The translations under genes and the position numbers were made by a program. Below are positions 19,349 to 30,283 of a stretch of DNA of 60,813 bases, piece by piece. The notes beneath the pieces are model-generated. The model was not told the DNA's origin. It was given only the letters and a program-made list of their open reading frames with translations, and made no database searches. This DNA comes from an uncultured Atribacterota bacterium (lineage in GTDB: Bacteria; Atribacterota; Phoenicimicrobiia; Phoenicimicrobiales; Stramentimicrobiaceae): assembly GCA_964485485.1 (NCBI GenBank), contig CAZAJW010000234.1, positions 1-60,813 of the forward strand. The letters are read 5' to 3'. The first letter of the stretch is position 1, and every line of letters starts with the position of its first letter.

Positions 19349-21449
19349 CTTTGCTTACCTTCTTACGGTAATTACATTCTTTCGCACTACATTGGTAATA
19401 AGTTCCCCTTTTTTTGCTACTTATTTTTACTAAAATAGACCCACACTTCGGACATTTTTCATTGACAGGCATATAAATAGAATAAAAATCACATTCAGGG
19501 TAATTGCTACATCCGTAGAATATTCTTCCTTTTTTGCTTTTCCGTTTAATGATTTCACCGTTACAGTTTTCTTTAGGGCAAGGAACTCCTATTTTTATCA
19601 TATATGGCTTGGTAGGATGTTTGGTGGAAAACTTGGAACAAGCAAGGTATTTACCATAGGGCCCATTTTTTATTTCCATTTGATTTCCACAGACAGAACA
19701 CTTCTCGTCTGTCAATACCCTACTCTTTTCAATCAATTTTTCAGGTGGGTTTTGCGTTAATCTGTTTATATCTGCCAGGAGTGATTGATAGAATATATCC
19801 AATGTTTCTTGCCAGTTATTCTCTCCTGATTCAATTTTATCCAATTTATTTTCCATTTTTGCAGTAAATTTAACATTGATTATATTGGAAAAATAATTCA
19901 TTAAAAATTCATCTACCACAAACCCTAATCTAGTAGGGATAAATTTTTTATTTTCTTTTTCTACATAATTTCTACTTTGTATTTTATCAATTATAACTGA
20001 ATAAGTACTTGGTCTTCCGATACCTTCTTTTTCCAAAACTTTTACCAGACTTGCTTCATTATATCTGGCTGGCGGCTTAGTAAATGATTGTTTTGAGTCT
20101 AATTTTGTTAATATTAACTTTTCGCCTACTTCTAAATTAGGTAGTATTTTTCTATCAATATCATTATTATCGAAAATTTTAAGATATCCGGGAAACAATA
20201 TTTTGGCACCATTCAATTCAAAAATATAATCATTGGCTTTTATTTTTACGTTGCATCTTTCTAGTAAGACAGATTTCATCTGGCTGGCAATAAAATATTT
20301 CCAAATTAATTGGTATAGCTTATATTGGTCTGATGATAAATTTTCTTTTATTAGTTCAGGGCTTAGATCTATTGAAGTTGGTCTGATTGCTTCATGCGCA
20401 TCCTGTATTTTGGCAGTTCCTTTTTTTGTTAAACGATTACTTTTTTTACCAGAAGAGGCATATTCTTTTCCATAGTTGGTCTGTATGTAATTTCTGGCAC
20501 TATTTTTTGCTTCATCAGATATTCGATTAGAATCAGTTCTCATATAAGTAATCAAACCCAGAGTTCCTCTACCCGTTATAGAGATTCCCTCATATAATTG
20601 TTGAGCAATGCGCATTGTACGTTTAACTGAAAAATTTAATTTATTATAGGATACTTGTTGCAATGTACTTGTTTTGAATGGCAATGGTGCATGTTTATGT
20701 TCTTTTTTATTTTTTATTTCTGAAACAATAAATTGACTATCATTAATTTCATTACAAATACTTTCAGCTTGTTCCTTTTTTTTAATATCAATCTTTTTAC
20801 CATTTTTTGAAACCAATGATGCCTCAAAAGGGACTTCTTTTTTATTGGTTTTCTTTAATAAAAAGGCATTTATTTTCCAATATTCTTCAGGTTGAAACGC
20901 TTGTATTTCTTTTTCTCTTTTGACAATAAGATGCACTGCAACCGACTGTACCCTACCGGCACTTTTCCCACGGGCATATTTATAACATAAAGGACTTACT
21001 TTGTATCCAACTAAACGATCAAGTAATCTTCGTGCGATTTGTGAATTAACAACATTCATATTAAGCTTTCTGGGATGTTTGACTGCTTGAATAACAACAT
21101 CCTTGGTAATTTCATTAAAAACAATACGACATTCTTCTTTTTCCAGGTTTAACTCTTTGGCAATATGCCATGATATTGCTTCTCCCTCCCTATCCGGATC
21201 GGTTGCCAGCAATATTCTTTCTTTCCCTTCAGCAATTTTTTTCAGTTTTTTAATCATTTGACGTTTGGCAGGAATAATAATCCAGGTAGGTTCAAAATGA
21301 TTTTCCGTATTTATTCCTAATCTAGATTTTGGAAGATCCTTGATATGACCTTTGCTTGAAGCAATCTGGAAACCTTCTCCCAAAATCTCTTTAAGGACTT
21401 TTTCCTTAGTTGGAGATTCTACGATAATTAGATGTTCTTTCATATACAA
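19341..21449 (-). CDS. topA: DNA topoisomerase I
   Basis: 702 aa with Toprim DPDREGEAISWH, active-site region TYMRTDS and C-terminal CxxC zinc ribbons. Confidence 0.96.
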   Translation of the reverse strand: MYMKEHLIIVESPTKEKVLKEILGEGFQIASSKGHIKDLPKSRLGINTENHFEPTWIIIPAKRQMIKKLKKIAEGKERILLATDPDREGEAISWHIAKELNLEKEECRIVFNEITKDVVIQAVKHPRKLNMNVVNSQIARRLLDRLVGYKVSPLCYKYARGKSAGRVQSVAVHLIVKREKEIQAFQPEEYWKINAFLLKKTNKKEVPFEASLVSKNGKKIDIKKKEQAESICNEINDSQFIVSEIKNKKEHKHAPLPFKTSTLQQVSYNKLNFSVKRTMRIAQQLYEGISITGRGTLGLITYMRTDSNRISDEAKNSARNYIQTNYGKEYASSGKKSNRLTKKGTAKIQDAHEAIRPTSIDLSPELIKENLSSDQYKLYQLIWKYFIASQMKSVLLERCNVKIKANDYIFELNGAKILFPGYLKIFDNNDIDRKILPNLEVGEKLILTKLDSKQSFTKPPARYNEASLVKVLEKEGIGRPSTYSVIIDKIQSRNYVEKENKKFIPTRLGFVVDEFLMNYFSNIINVKFTAKMENKLDKIESGENNWQETLDIFYQSLLADINRLTQNPPEKLIEKSRVLTDEKCSVCGNQMEIKNGPYGKYLACSKFSTKHPTKPYMIKIGVPCPKENCNGEIIKRKSKKGRIFYGCSNYPECDFYSIYMPVNEKCPKCGSILVKISSKKRGTYYQCSAKECNYRKKVSKDE

Positions 21450-21513
21450 TATTTTCCTATAGACTTAGAATATTTTAGAATAAAAACAAATAATACTAAA
21501 AATAATATTATTT

Positions 21514-22110
21514 TTATTTGTTCACATCAGTAATTTTATTTTCTTTTTTATGTAGCAACCTATTGATATTACTCTGGTGCCTAATAATAGCAAATAAAAA
21601 AATTATAACAACAAAAATCTTAAATTCCAAAGGTGTCTTGAATAAAAACGAGAGAATGAACATGGCAAAAACCGACATAATGGAACCCAAAGCAGCAAAC
21701 CTGGTAGTAAATACAATAGATCCCCATATTATTGCGGCAATGATTGCAATATAGGGATAGAAAGAGAGGACAACACCATAGGTAGTAGCGATTCCCTTCC
21801 CACCTTTAAAATTTAAAAAAATAGACCAGTTATGACCAATAATTGCAGCAAGACCAATCAATAAATAAAATTCAATTGACTCTGCCAGTAGCCATTTTGC
21901 CAGTATAATTGAAAAAAAACCTTTCAGACAATCTCCAATTAAAACCAACAAGGCACACTTGATTCCCATAACCCGAAAGCTATTTGCTACACCAATATTA
22001 CCACTACCATGTTCTCTGATATCTATTCTTTTTAAGTACTTTCCTACAAGGTAACCAAACGGTATTGAGCCAATTAGATAACTAAATATAATTATAAAAA
22101 TATATGTCAT
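21514..22110 (-). CDS. plsY: Glycerol-3-phosphate acyltransferase PlsY
   Basis: 198-aa membrane protein with the GSGNIGVAN motif. Confidence 0.92.
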   Translation of the reverse strand: MTYIFIIIFSYLIGSIPFGYLVGKYLKRIDIREHGSGNIGVANSFRVMGIKCALLVLIGDCLKGFFSIILAKWLLAESIEFYLLIGLAAIIGHNWSIFLNFKGGKGIATTYGVVLSFYPYIAIIAAIIWGSIVFTTRFAALGSIMSVFAMFILSFLFKTPLEFKIFVVIIFLFAIIRHQSNINRLLHKKENKITDVNK

Positions 22111-22125
22111 TTCTTAATCATCCAA

Positions 22126-23466
22126 TTAATATTTTTTTCTTTTTTGATAATGCAGTACAATAGGAATTCCCTTAAGATTAAAATACTGCACAAACTGATT
22201 TTCAAGATATCTTTGATATGAATTATATAAGAGTTCAGGTTCATTTACAAATATCTTGAATGTTGGGGGGTTTACCCCTACCTGGGTAATATAAAAAAAA
22301 TGAAGCCTTCTGCCATTAATAATTTTTGGTGGTTTGTAGTTTACAATTTTTTGCAAAAATTTGTTCAATTCCGGAGTAGTAATGTTTTTATTATATTCAT
22401 TATAAGTGTTTATAATTGCTTTTAAAATTTGAGAAACATTTTTTTTTGCACCAACTGCTATAGTTGTTAATATCTGCGTATCTTTTAGAAATCTTAATTC
22501 GTATCTACTCATTTTTAGTAATAAATTCTTATCAATTTCTTTTTGTTCGGCTACTAAATCATATTTATTTAGTAAAACAATACAGGCCCTTTTTTCTTCC
22601 ATAATCTTTTCTGCAAGTCGTTTATCCTGCATACTGACATAATTGTTCGCATTTAAAACAAGTAGCACTATATCTACTTTTTTAATGGATTCCAATGCAC
22701 GAATATTTCCGAAATATTCAACTTTTTCTTTAACACTTTTTTTTCTGCGAAGCCCGGAGGTATCTACAAATATCAATTTAAAATCATTAAAATCCATTGA
22801 AGCTTCAATGTTATCACGTGTAGTACCGGGATGATTATCAACGATTATTCTTTCATCATTTAGAAGAGCATTCAAAATACTTGATTTACCGACATTTGGT
22901 TTTCCAATGATGGCGATTTTTATTATATTGCTATTTTTTTCTTTTTTATCTTTATCAGTTTTATTATCAACAGCAGCTAATTGTAAGATTCTTTCTAATA
23001 ATTCACCAATATTTTCCCCTTGCTCTGCTGATACAAAACAGGGGTTTCCCATTCCCAGTTTAATGAAATCACCTAAAAAATAGTTTTTATGTTTGATGTC
23101 GTTTTTATTAATTACCAGAATTGTCTTCTTATTTTTTCTGCGGATAAATTTGGCAATATCTATGTCTTCTTGTTGAATACCTGTCATAATATCAAGCATT
23201 AGCAGAACAATATCAGATTCGATAATTGCTCTTTTTGATTGTTCGACTATTTTCCCCTGAATAGATTCTTTTTCTTTATCGTAATCAATTCCACCTGTAT
23301 CAATTAAAGTGAAACTTTTACCTTGCCAGGAAAAATCAGCATAGTTTCTATCACGGGTAATCCCTGTTTCTCTTAAAACTATTGCCTTTCTATATCCAAC
23401 TAGGCGATTAAACAAAGTTGATTTTCCTGTATTTGTCTTTCCGATAATTGCTATTTTTGTTACCAT
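22126..23466 (-). CDS. der: Ribosome-associated GTPase Der/EngA
   Basis: 446 aa with two tandem G domains (GKTNTGKST and GKPNVGKSS P-loops) plus a KH-like C-terminus. Confidence 0.95.
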   Translation of the reverse strand: MVTKIAIIGKTNTGKSTLFNRLVGYRKAIVLRETGITRDRNYADFSWQGKSFTLIDTGGIDYDKEKESIQGKIVEQSKRAIIESDIVLLMLDIMTGIQQEDIDIAKFIRRKNKKTILVINKNDIKHKNYFLGDFIKLGMGNPCFVSAEQGENIGELLERILQLAAVDNKTDKDKKEKNSNIIKIAIIGKPNVGKSSILNALLNDERIIVDNHPGTTRDNIEASMDFNDFKLIFVDTSGLRRKKSVKEKVEYFGNIRALESIKKVDIVLLVLNANNYVSMQDKRLAEKIMEEKRACIVLLNKYDLVAEQKEIDKNLLLKMSRYELRFLKDTQILTTIAVGAKKNVSQILKAIINTYNEYNKNITTPELNKFLQKIVNYKPPKIINGRRLHFFYITQVGVNPPTFKIFVNEPELLYNSYQRYLENQFVQYFNLKGIPIVLHYQKRKKY

Positions 23467-23563
23467 AATTTTGCCCTGTTTTTTATATTATTTAAAATAC
23501 AAATCATTTTATAATATTGTATAATTTATTTTGTAATAATATTGTTAATTAATAATGAAAATT

Positions 23564-24232
23564 TTATTCAGACAACATTTCTTGAATATTGTTAATTATT
23601 CTTACCGGGTATTGTGATTTGAATATTTCAGAACCAACTACCAGTATGTTAGCACCAGCTTGCTTTATAGACAAAATATTTTTAAGATTTACCCCACCAT
23701 CAACTTGAATATCAATATCTTTTTTAGCTTTTTTCACCATTTCCCTGGCTGATGTAATCTTTGACATCATTGGCGGTATGAATTTTTGACCACCAAATCC
23801 AGGATTAACTGTCATAATTAGTATAGTATTCAATTTATCCAGAACATATTTTATTAATTCCAATGGAGAAGAAGGATTCAGCGCTACTCCCGCCTTTAAA
23901 CCAGAATCAAGAATAATTTGAAGTGTGCTATCTAAATGCTTACAAGTCTCTGCATGGACAATGAGACAATCATTTTTATCCATAGCTTTAGAGAAATCAT
24001 CAATAAGCTTTTCTGGATTTTCTATCATCAAATGAACGCTCAACGGAATAGAAGTGATTTTACTAATTGTTTCAACTATCATGGGACCAAAAGATATATT
24101 TGGAACAAAATTACCATCCATTATATCAAGATGTATCAAATCAATTTTACTTTTTTCTAACATCAAAATAATTTCTCTCAAACAAGAAAAATCAGCATTC
24201 AATATCGATGGTGCCAATTTATTTTTAATCAT
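23564..24232 (-). CDS. rpe: Ribulose-phosphate 3-epimerase
   Basis: 222 aa with APSILNADF, HLDIMDGNFVPN and VNPGFGGQKF. Confidence 0.95.
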   Translation of the reverse strand: MIKNKLAPSILNADFSCLREIILMLEKSKIDLIHLDIMDGNFVPNISFGPMIVETISKITSIPLSVHLMIENPEKLIDDFSKAMDKNDCLIVHAETCKHLDSTLQIILDSGLKAGVALNPSSPLELIKYVLDKLNTILIMTVNPGFGGQKFIPPMMSKITSAREMVKKAKKDIDIQVDGGVNLKNILSIKQAGANILVVGSEIFKSQYPVRIINNIQEMLSE

Positions 24233-24269
24233 TATCTTCCCCTTTCAAAAAAATAAAATGAAATATCTA

Positions 24270-25805
24270 TTATATTAAATCTTCTCTATCCAAGCTTCGG
24301 TACTGAATTGCCTCTGATAGATGAGAAATACTGATTTCTTCCAACAAACTAAGGTCTGCAATTGTTCTTGATAGTTTTAATATTTTATCATAAGCTCGGG
24401 CGCTTAATTTCAATTTATCCATGGCATGATTTAACAAGGCCCAACCGTCTTTAGATAATTTACAATATTTTTCAATATCTTTACGATTCATTTGAGAATT
24501 ACTAAATATAGATTGATTTTTAAAACGCATCTGTTGGATATTTCTTGATTTTTCTATTCTGTTTCTAATTGTATTCGAAGTTTCTTCGTGGCCATTTCTG
24601 TTTGCTAATTCTCTATAATCTAACCTTGGTACTTCAATTTGTATATCGATTCTATCCAATAATGGGCCTGAGATCTTTGATCTATATTTTCTGATTTGAT
24701 TAGAAGTACAGGTACATTGTTTTACGGGGTCACCAAAATAACCACAAGGACAGGGGTTAGCCGCTGCAATGAGCATAAAATGAGAAAGATAAGTAACAGA
24801 TCTCAATGTCCTGGATATTGTGACTTTACCACTTTCTAAAGGTTGGCGTAATGACTCCAAGGCAGAACGATTAAATTCAGGCAATTCGTCCAAAAATAAT
24901 ACACCGTTATGTGCCATGCTAATTTCTCCTGGTTTTGGTATACGCCCACCGCCGATTAATCCTATATTGCTAATCGTATGATGTGGAGAACGAAAAGGCC
25001 TCCTAGTCATAATTGGGCAATCTCGATTAGATAGATTAGAAACACTATATAGTCGTGTTATTTCTATTGATTCCTCTAGGGACAAGGATGGTAAAATTGT
25101 TGGTATCCTTTTAGCTAACATTGTTTTGCCAGAACCAGGTGGTCCTATCATAATTACATTATGGCTACCTGCGGCAGCTACCTCTAGTGCTCTTTTGGCA
25201 TGGTTTTGACCTTTTACATCAGAAAAGTCTATTTGATAATCATTGCTATGCATCATAATTTCTCTTTTATCAACGTTAATTGGTAAAATATTAATTTCTT
25301 TATTTAGAAATCTAACCACTTCTCTCAAATTAGTAATAGGATAAATATTAATTCCATCTACAATACCAGCTTCAGGGGCATTTTCTTTAGGTACTATGAT
25401 ATTTTTAATCCCCTTTCTCCTGGCCATTAGTGCTATGGATAATATACCATTAACTGGTCTTATTTGACCATTAAGAGAGACTTCTCCGATGATAATAAAT
25501 TTATTATAAGAAAAATTATTTATCTGATTGTTGGCAGCTAATATCCCAATGGCGATAGGCAAATCCAGGGCTGGCCCTTCTTTTTTGACGTTAGCCGGAG
25601 CTAAATTAACCGTTATTCTTTGCATGGGAAATTGATACTCGGCATTTTTTATTGCAGACCTTACTCTCTCTTTTGATTCCTGTACAGCTGTATCTGGAAG
25701 TCCGACAATATTAAAAGAAGGGAGGCCATTAGAAACATCTATTTCTACTTCAACGACAAATGCATCTACTCCAAAAAGGGCACTACTGCGAAGTTTTGCA
25801 ATCAA
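24270..25805 (-). CDS. comM: Mg-chelatase-like AAA+ protein ComM/YifB
   Basis: 511 aa with a Lon-like N-domain, Walker [12 protein letters not shown] and the full YifB architecture. Confidence 0.9.
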   Translation of the reverse strand: MIAKLRSSALFGVDAFVVEVEIDVSNGLPSFNIVGLPDTAVQESKERVRSAIKNAEYQFPMQRITVNLAPANVKKEGPALDLPIAIGILAANNQINNFSYNKFIIIGEVSLNGQIRPVNGILSIALMARRKGIKNIIVPKENAPEAGIVDGINIYPITNLREVVRFLNKEINILPINVDKREIMMHSNDYQIDFSDVKGQNHAKRALEVAAAGSHNVIMIGPPGSGKTMLAKRIPTILPSLSLEESIEITRLYSVSNLSNRDCPIMTRRPFRSPHHTISNIGLIGGGRIPKPGEISMAHNGVLFLDELPEFNRSALESLRQPLESGKVTISRTLRSVTYLSHFMLIAAANPCPCGYFGDPVKQCTCTSNQIRKYRSKISGPLLDRIDIQIEVPRLDYRELANRNGHEETSNTIRNRIEKSRNIQQMRFKNQSIFSNSQMNRKDIEKYCKLSKDGWALLNHAMDKLKLSARAYDKILKLSRTIADLSLLEEISISHLSEAIQYRSLDREDLI

Positions 25806-25831
25806 CAGAACACCTACAATCCCTGTTATAT

Positions 25832-26185
25832 TTATTGAATAAAGGCATTAGTTATATGCCTTATTTCTCTTAATAAATATCTATCAAATTTTATGGAAAT
25901 AACATCAAAACGAAATAATTTATTTTTTATATTCTTCTTTTTTATGTAAAGCTGAGCGACTTTAATTATTCTTTTCTTTTTTATTGGAGTGATTGACTCT
26001 TCCGGAAGACCATACCGGTTTGATTTTCTTGATTTTACTTCTATAAAGCATATACAATTTTTCTTTTCAGCAATAATATCAATTTCACCAAAAGGGGCTT
26101 TAAGATTTTGTTCTAAAATAGTATAACCGTTTTTCAGCAAGTATTGTCCTGCTAAATCTTCTCCAATTTGTCCAGTGTTATTCAT
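25832..26185 (-). CDS. YraN family endonuclease-like protein (UPF0102)
   Basis: 117 aa containing GEIDIIA...FIEVK..., the restriction-endonuclease-like core typical of YraN. It follows rnhB as in many genomes. Confidence 0.85.
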   Translation of the reverse strand: MNNTGQIGEDLAGQYLLKNGYTILEQNLKAPFGEIDIIAEKKNCICFIEVKSRKSNRYGLPEESITPIKKKRIIKVAQLYIKKKNIKNKLFRFDVISIKFDRYLLREIRHITNAFIQ

Positions 26186-26192
26186 TTATAAT

Positions 26193-26927
26193 TCAATATG
26201 CATATAGCCTTTCTTGTTTGATAGTATTTTTGCTAATATCCATATCCTTTGATACGTTTTTAAATGTTTTACGATGCAAAGGGCAAATACCATATTTTTT
26301 AATTGCCATTATATGGTTTCTTGTACCATATCCAACATTTTTGTCAAATTGATAAAAAGGATATTTTTTATTGGAGTCATACATAATTTTATCACGGCAT
26401 ACCTTGGCAATAATGGATGCTGCAGCAATAGAAATACTTTTATCTTCACCCTTGATGAGATTATCTTGAGGTATTCGGATATAAGGAATTTTAAATGCAT
26501 CAACTAAAATATAATCAGGAAATCTCTTTAAGTTCATAAGAGCTCTTTTCATTGCCAGAAAAGTTGCTTGTGCAATGTTGATTTTATCTATTATGTCCGG
26601 TTCAACAATACCAATACCTATATCTCTTGATTTGTGTTTGATAAACTCAGAAATATCCTCTCTTTTTACTCTATTTAATTTTTTTGAATCCTTAAGATAA
26701 GTAAGATAAAAATAATCAATATCCTTTATAACTACTGCAGCTGCAACAACAGGTCCTGCCAAAGCTCCTCTTCCAACTTCATCTATTCCAGCAATATAAT
26801 AAAAGCCATTAGAAATATGTCTTTTTTCGAAACATTTAAGGCTTTCGATTCTCTCTCTTTCTCGGTAAAGAAACTTGATATTTTTTTTTAAGCGAAGTAT
26901 CTTTCCAATATAATATCTTTTATTCAA
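26193..26927 (-). CDS. rnhB: Ribonuclease HII
   Basis: 244 aa with AGIDEVGRGALAGPVV and an N-terminal extension as in Bacillus RnhB. Confidence 0.93.
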   Translation of the reverse strand: MNKRYYIGKILRLKKNIKFLYRERERIESLKCFEKRHISNGFYYIAGIDEVGRGALAGPVVAAAVVIKDIDYFYLTYLKDSKKLNRVKREDISEFIKHKSRDIGIGIVEPDIIDKINIAQATFLAMKRALMNLKRFPDYILVDAFKIPYIRIPQDNLIKGEDKSISIAAASIIAKVCRDKIMYDSNKKYPFYQFDKNVGYGTRNHIMAIKKYGICPLHRKTFKNVSKDMDISKNTIKQERLYAY

Positions 26928-26948
26928 TTTACTCCACAGGATATTTGT

Positions 26949-27281
26949 TTAGGTCATCAAACCTTTTTGGCCAATTCTGTTCCTTAGATAATATAATTTT
27001 GCTTTTCTGGTTGATCCTCTTTTGATAAGTTTAATTTTTTCAATATTTGGGGAATTTAACGGAAATATTTTTTCAACTCCAATACCCTTAGTTACTTTTC
27101 TAACAGTAATTGTCTCTCTGCTTCCACCATGTTTTTGGGCTATTAATATACCCCTAAATACTTGTATTCTTTTTCTTTCTCCTTCAACAATTTTCTGGTA
27201 TACTTCGATTAAATCACCTGGATTTGCCTCAAAGTTTTCTTTTTTTAACTGTAAATCTTCAATATCTTTTATGTAATCCAT
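26949..27281 (-). CDS. rplS: 50S ribosomal protein L19
   Basis: 110 aa containing GDLIEVYQKIVEGERKRIQVFRG. Confidence 0.96.
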   Translation of the reverse strand: MDYIKDIEDLQLKKENFEANPGDLIEVYQKIVEGERKRIQVFRGILIAQKHGGSRETITVRKVTKGIGVEKIFPLNSPNIEKIKLIKRGSTRKAKLYYLRNRIGQKGLMT

Positions 27282-27283
27282 TA

Positions 27284-28042
27284 TTATTTTCCTCTCTTTT
27301 CCTTATCGTCTGTCTTTAAGTCATTTATTATTTTCATTTCTTCTTTGCTAAATTCTCTATCAATTAATAAATCTGGTCTTCTAATCATTGTTTCCAGGAG
27401 AGATTGTTTTTTTCTCCAAATTTCAATCTTTTTGTGATTGCCAGATAATAAAACCTTAGGTACCTCATGTCCCTTATATTTTTCTGGTCTGGTGAAATGA
27501 GGATAGTCAAGCAAACCATCATAGAATGAATCGTTAATCATTGATTCTTCTTTGCCAAGAACCCCGGGTATCATGCGAATAATTACGTCAACCATAACCA
27601 TAACAGGAATCTCTCCGCCAGTCATTACATAATCGCCAATTGATACTTCCTCTGCTTTTAATAAGCGTGAAACACGTTCATCGATTCCCTCATATCTCCC
27701 GCAAATAAAGAAAAGGTTTGTATGGGTTGATAATCTTTTTGCCATTTTCTGGTTAAATTTCTTGCCTTGAGCAGAGGAAATAATGATCTTACTATTCAAT
27801 CCCATTTTTTTTTCATTCCCAATACGTTCCATTGCTTCAATGATTGGTTCCGGCTTTAAGACCATTCCTGGTCCACCTCCATAGGAATAATCATCAACAC
27901 TTCTATGTTTATCTTTAGTAAAATCCCTTATGTCCAGGATATTTATATTGACTAATCCTTTTTCCTGTGCTCTTTTGATAATACTTTCCGAAAAGGGTGA
28001 AACAAACATCTCCGGAAAAATTGTCAATATGGTTATTTCCAT
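27284..28042 (-). CDS. trmD: tRNA (guanine37-N1)-methyltransferase
   Basis: 252 aa with SYGGGPGMVL and the SPOUT knot region GRYEGIDERV. Confidence 0.96.
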   Translation of the reverse strand: MEITILTIFPEMFVSPFSESIIKRAQEKGLVNINILDIRDFTKDKHRSVDDYSYGGGPGMVLKPEPIIEAMERIGNEKKMGLNSKIIISSAQGKKFNQKMAKRLSTHTNLFFICGRYEGIDERVSRLLKAEEVSIGDYVMTGGEIPVMVMVDVIIRMIPGVLGKEESMINDSFYDGLLDYPHFTRPEKYKGHEVPKVLLSGNHKKIEIWRKKQSLLETMIRRPDLLIDREFSKEEMKIINDLKTDDKEKRGK

Positions 28043-28084
28043 ATTATACCTAGCTTTTTAACTTATTATTTAAAAAATATTGTA

Positions 28085-28315
28085 TTATTCAGAAATTTTT
28101 ATTATTGTTTTTTTATCATCTTTAATTGTTGCTGCTTTTACTATCGTTCGAATTGCCTTAATTACCCTACCCTGTTTACCGATGATTTTGCCGACGTCAG
28201 TTGAATCAACACTTATTTCCAAAACATCTAAATTATCTCCATTTATTTCATTGATTTGAACACGGTCAGGGAAATTCACTATTTCTTTTAATAAAAATTC
28301 AATAATATCTCTCAA
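28085..28315 (-). CDS. KH-domain RNA-binding protein (YlqC/UPF0109)
   Basis: 76 aa with the GKIIGKQGRVIKAIRT GxxG motif, immediately after rpsP. Confidence 0.88.
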   Translation of the reverse strand: MRDIIEFLLKEIVNFPDRVQINEINGDNLDVLEISVDSTDVGKIIGKQGRVIKAIRTIVKAATIKDDKKTIIKISE

Positions 28316-28332
28316 AATATTTCTCCAAAATA

Positions 28333-28608
28333 TTATTTAGAATCAATTTTATTATTATGGGGATTATTCAATATTCCATTTTTTTTAAAGAGAGATTCTA
28401 TCGTTCTGGTCATTGTTGCGCCTTGCTTTATCCATTTTAAGCTTTCTTCTTTATCTACTTTAAAGCCACAAGGATCAGTTGTTGGTTGGTAATAACCCAA
28501 CATTTTGATAAATCTTCCATCCCTTGGTTTACGTGAATCAATTACTACAATCTTATAAGAAGGGTTTTTCTTGGCCCCTTCTCTTCTTAATTTTATTTTT
28601 GCTGACAT
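28333..28608 (-). CDS. rpsP: 30S ribosomal protein S16
   Basis: 91 aa starting MSAKIKLRREGAKKNPSYKIVV. Confidence 0.96.
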   Translation of the reverse strand: MSAKIKLRREGAKKNPSYKIVVIDSRKPRDGRFIKMLGYYQPTTDPCGFKVDKEESLKWIKQGATMTRTIESLFKKNGILNNPHNNKIDSK

Positions 28609-28674
28609 ATTATTCCTCCATCTATATTAACACATAATTAACATTCAAATATTTTTATTTTATAAAGATTATCA

Positions 28675-30003
28675 CTATTTAATAAACGAAGCTATTGATT
28701 GCTTGTTTGGACCTTGTTTTAAAAATTTTTTCATCTTTAAAAATTGTTTTAATAAACGATTTACATCACTAACAGTTGTTCCACTGCCATTTGCAATTCT
28801 CCTTCTCCTGCTCCCATTAATTATGTCTGGCTCAGCTTTTTCCCGCTTTGTCATTGAGCATATTATTGCCTCGACCTTACCCAACTCTTTTTCACTGCCA
28901 TCTAAATTCTGATTCATCCCATTTGCTAAACCAAGACCCTTCATTGGTAACATATCGAATATTCTATCAAGTGAACCCATATTTTTTAACCTTTTTAGTT
29001 GTTCATAAAAATCGTTCAAATCGAATTGTTCTCTGAATTCTTTTTTGCCCATCTTTTTTATTTCATTACGGTCATAATTAGCTTCAATTTTTTCAATTAA
29101 AGTTACCGTATCTCCCATTCCAAGAATTCTAGAGGACATTCTATCAGGATGAAAAGGTTCAATATCATTTATTTTTTCACCAATCCCTATATATTTAATA
29201 GGTAAAGAGGTTATTCCTTTAATTGATAAGGTAACACCACCACGGGCATCTCCATCCAATTTAGTTAATATATACCCATCTATTCCAACTTCTTGGTTAA
29301 AAGTATCTGCTACCTGTAATGCATCTTGTCCCATCAGTGAATCCAAAACTAATAAAGTTTCATTGACAGCTAAAGATTTTTTTATATCTTTAATTTCTTT
29401 AAGGAGATCTTTATCAATATGCAATCTTCCGGCAGTGTCAATAATCATTACATCTTTTTTATTTTCTTTTGCGAATTGTTCAGCTGCCTTGATGGTCTGT
29501 ATTGATTTTTCATTTGTACCTCTTGAAAAAACTTCAACCCCAGCCTTTTTACCCATTATCTGCAATTGTTCAATAGCAGCTGGTCTTATTTTATCAGCAG
29601 CAACCAACATTGGATCATGTCCCTGACTTTTCATTTGTGATGCTAATTTGGCTGCCGTGGTTGTTTTTCCAGAACCTTGCAAACCAACCAATAGAATAAT
29701 TGTTGGAACATTAATGTTAGTTCTAATTTTACTCTGGCAATCGCCTAGTATTTCTGTGAGAACTTCATGAGTAATTTTAACCATTTGCTGACCCGGTGTT
29801 AATGCTCTAGATAATTCCTCTTGGCTAGCACGTTTTTCTAATTTTGATACAAAGTCTTTTACAACCTTATAATTTACGTCTGCTTCTAAGAGTGCCAACT
29901 TTACTTCTCTTAAAGATTGTTTTATATCCTTTTCAGTAATCTTTCCTTTGTCTTTAATTTTATTTAAAATATTTTGTAATTTTTCTGACAGTATACCTAA
30001 CAT
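28675..30003 (-). CDS. ffh: Signal recognition particle protein Ffh
   Basis: 442 aa with an NG domain (GLQGSGKTTT, DTAGR, TKLDGDARGG) and a Met-rich M domain. Confidence 0.96.
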   Translation of the reverse strand: MLGILSEKLQNILNKIKDKGKITEKDIKQSLREVKLALLEADVNYKVVKDFVSKLEKRASQEELSRALTPGQQMVKITHEVLTEILGDCQSKIRTNINVPTIILLVGLQGSGKTTTAAKLASQMKSQGHDPMLVAADKIRPAAIEQLQIMGKKAGVEVFSRGTNEKSIQTIKAAEQFAKENKKDVMIIDTAGRLHIDKDLLKEIKDIKKSLAVNETLLVLDSLMGQDALQVADTFNQEVGIDGYILTKLDGDARGGVTLSIKGITSLPIKYIGIGEKINDIEPFHPDRMSSRILGMGDTVTLIEKIEANYDRNEIKKMGKKEFREQFDLNDFYEQLKRLKNMGSLDRIFDMLPMKGLGLANGMNQNLDGSEKELGKVEAIICSMTKREKAEPDIINGSRRRRIANGSGTTVSDVNRLLKQFLKMKKFLKQGPNKQSIASFIK

Positions 30004-30283
30004 TATTCATTACCTTAACATTTAAAAATGCCTTTCAAGAAAACATTATAACAAAAAATTAATATTTCCAGAAATTATTTTCATTAAAATATTAATATTA
30101 AATAATTCCTTTTTTATGACCATTGTATCAATTCTTAAATATCTTATAATAATTTTAGTGTTTTTAGCAATTAAATATTATATAAAATATTAATTGAGAA
30201 TATATATAATAATACATAAACGATGCATAAAAAAAATAAAAAGAACAAATTCTTTATCAGTATATAGAAAATTATAATAGGTG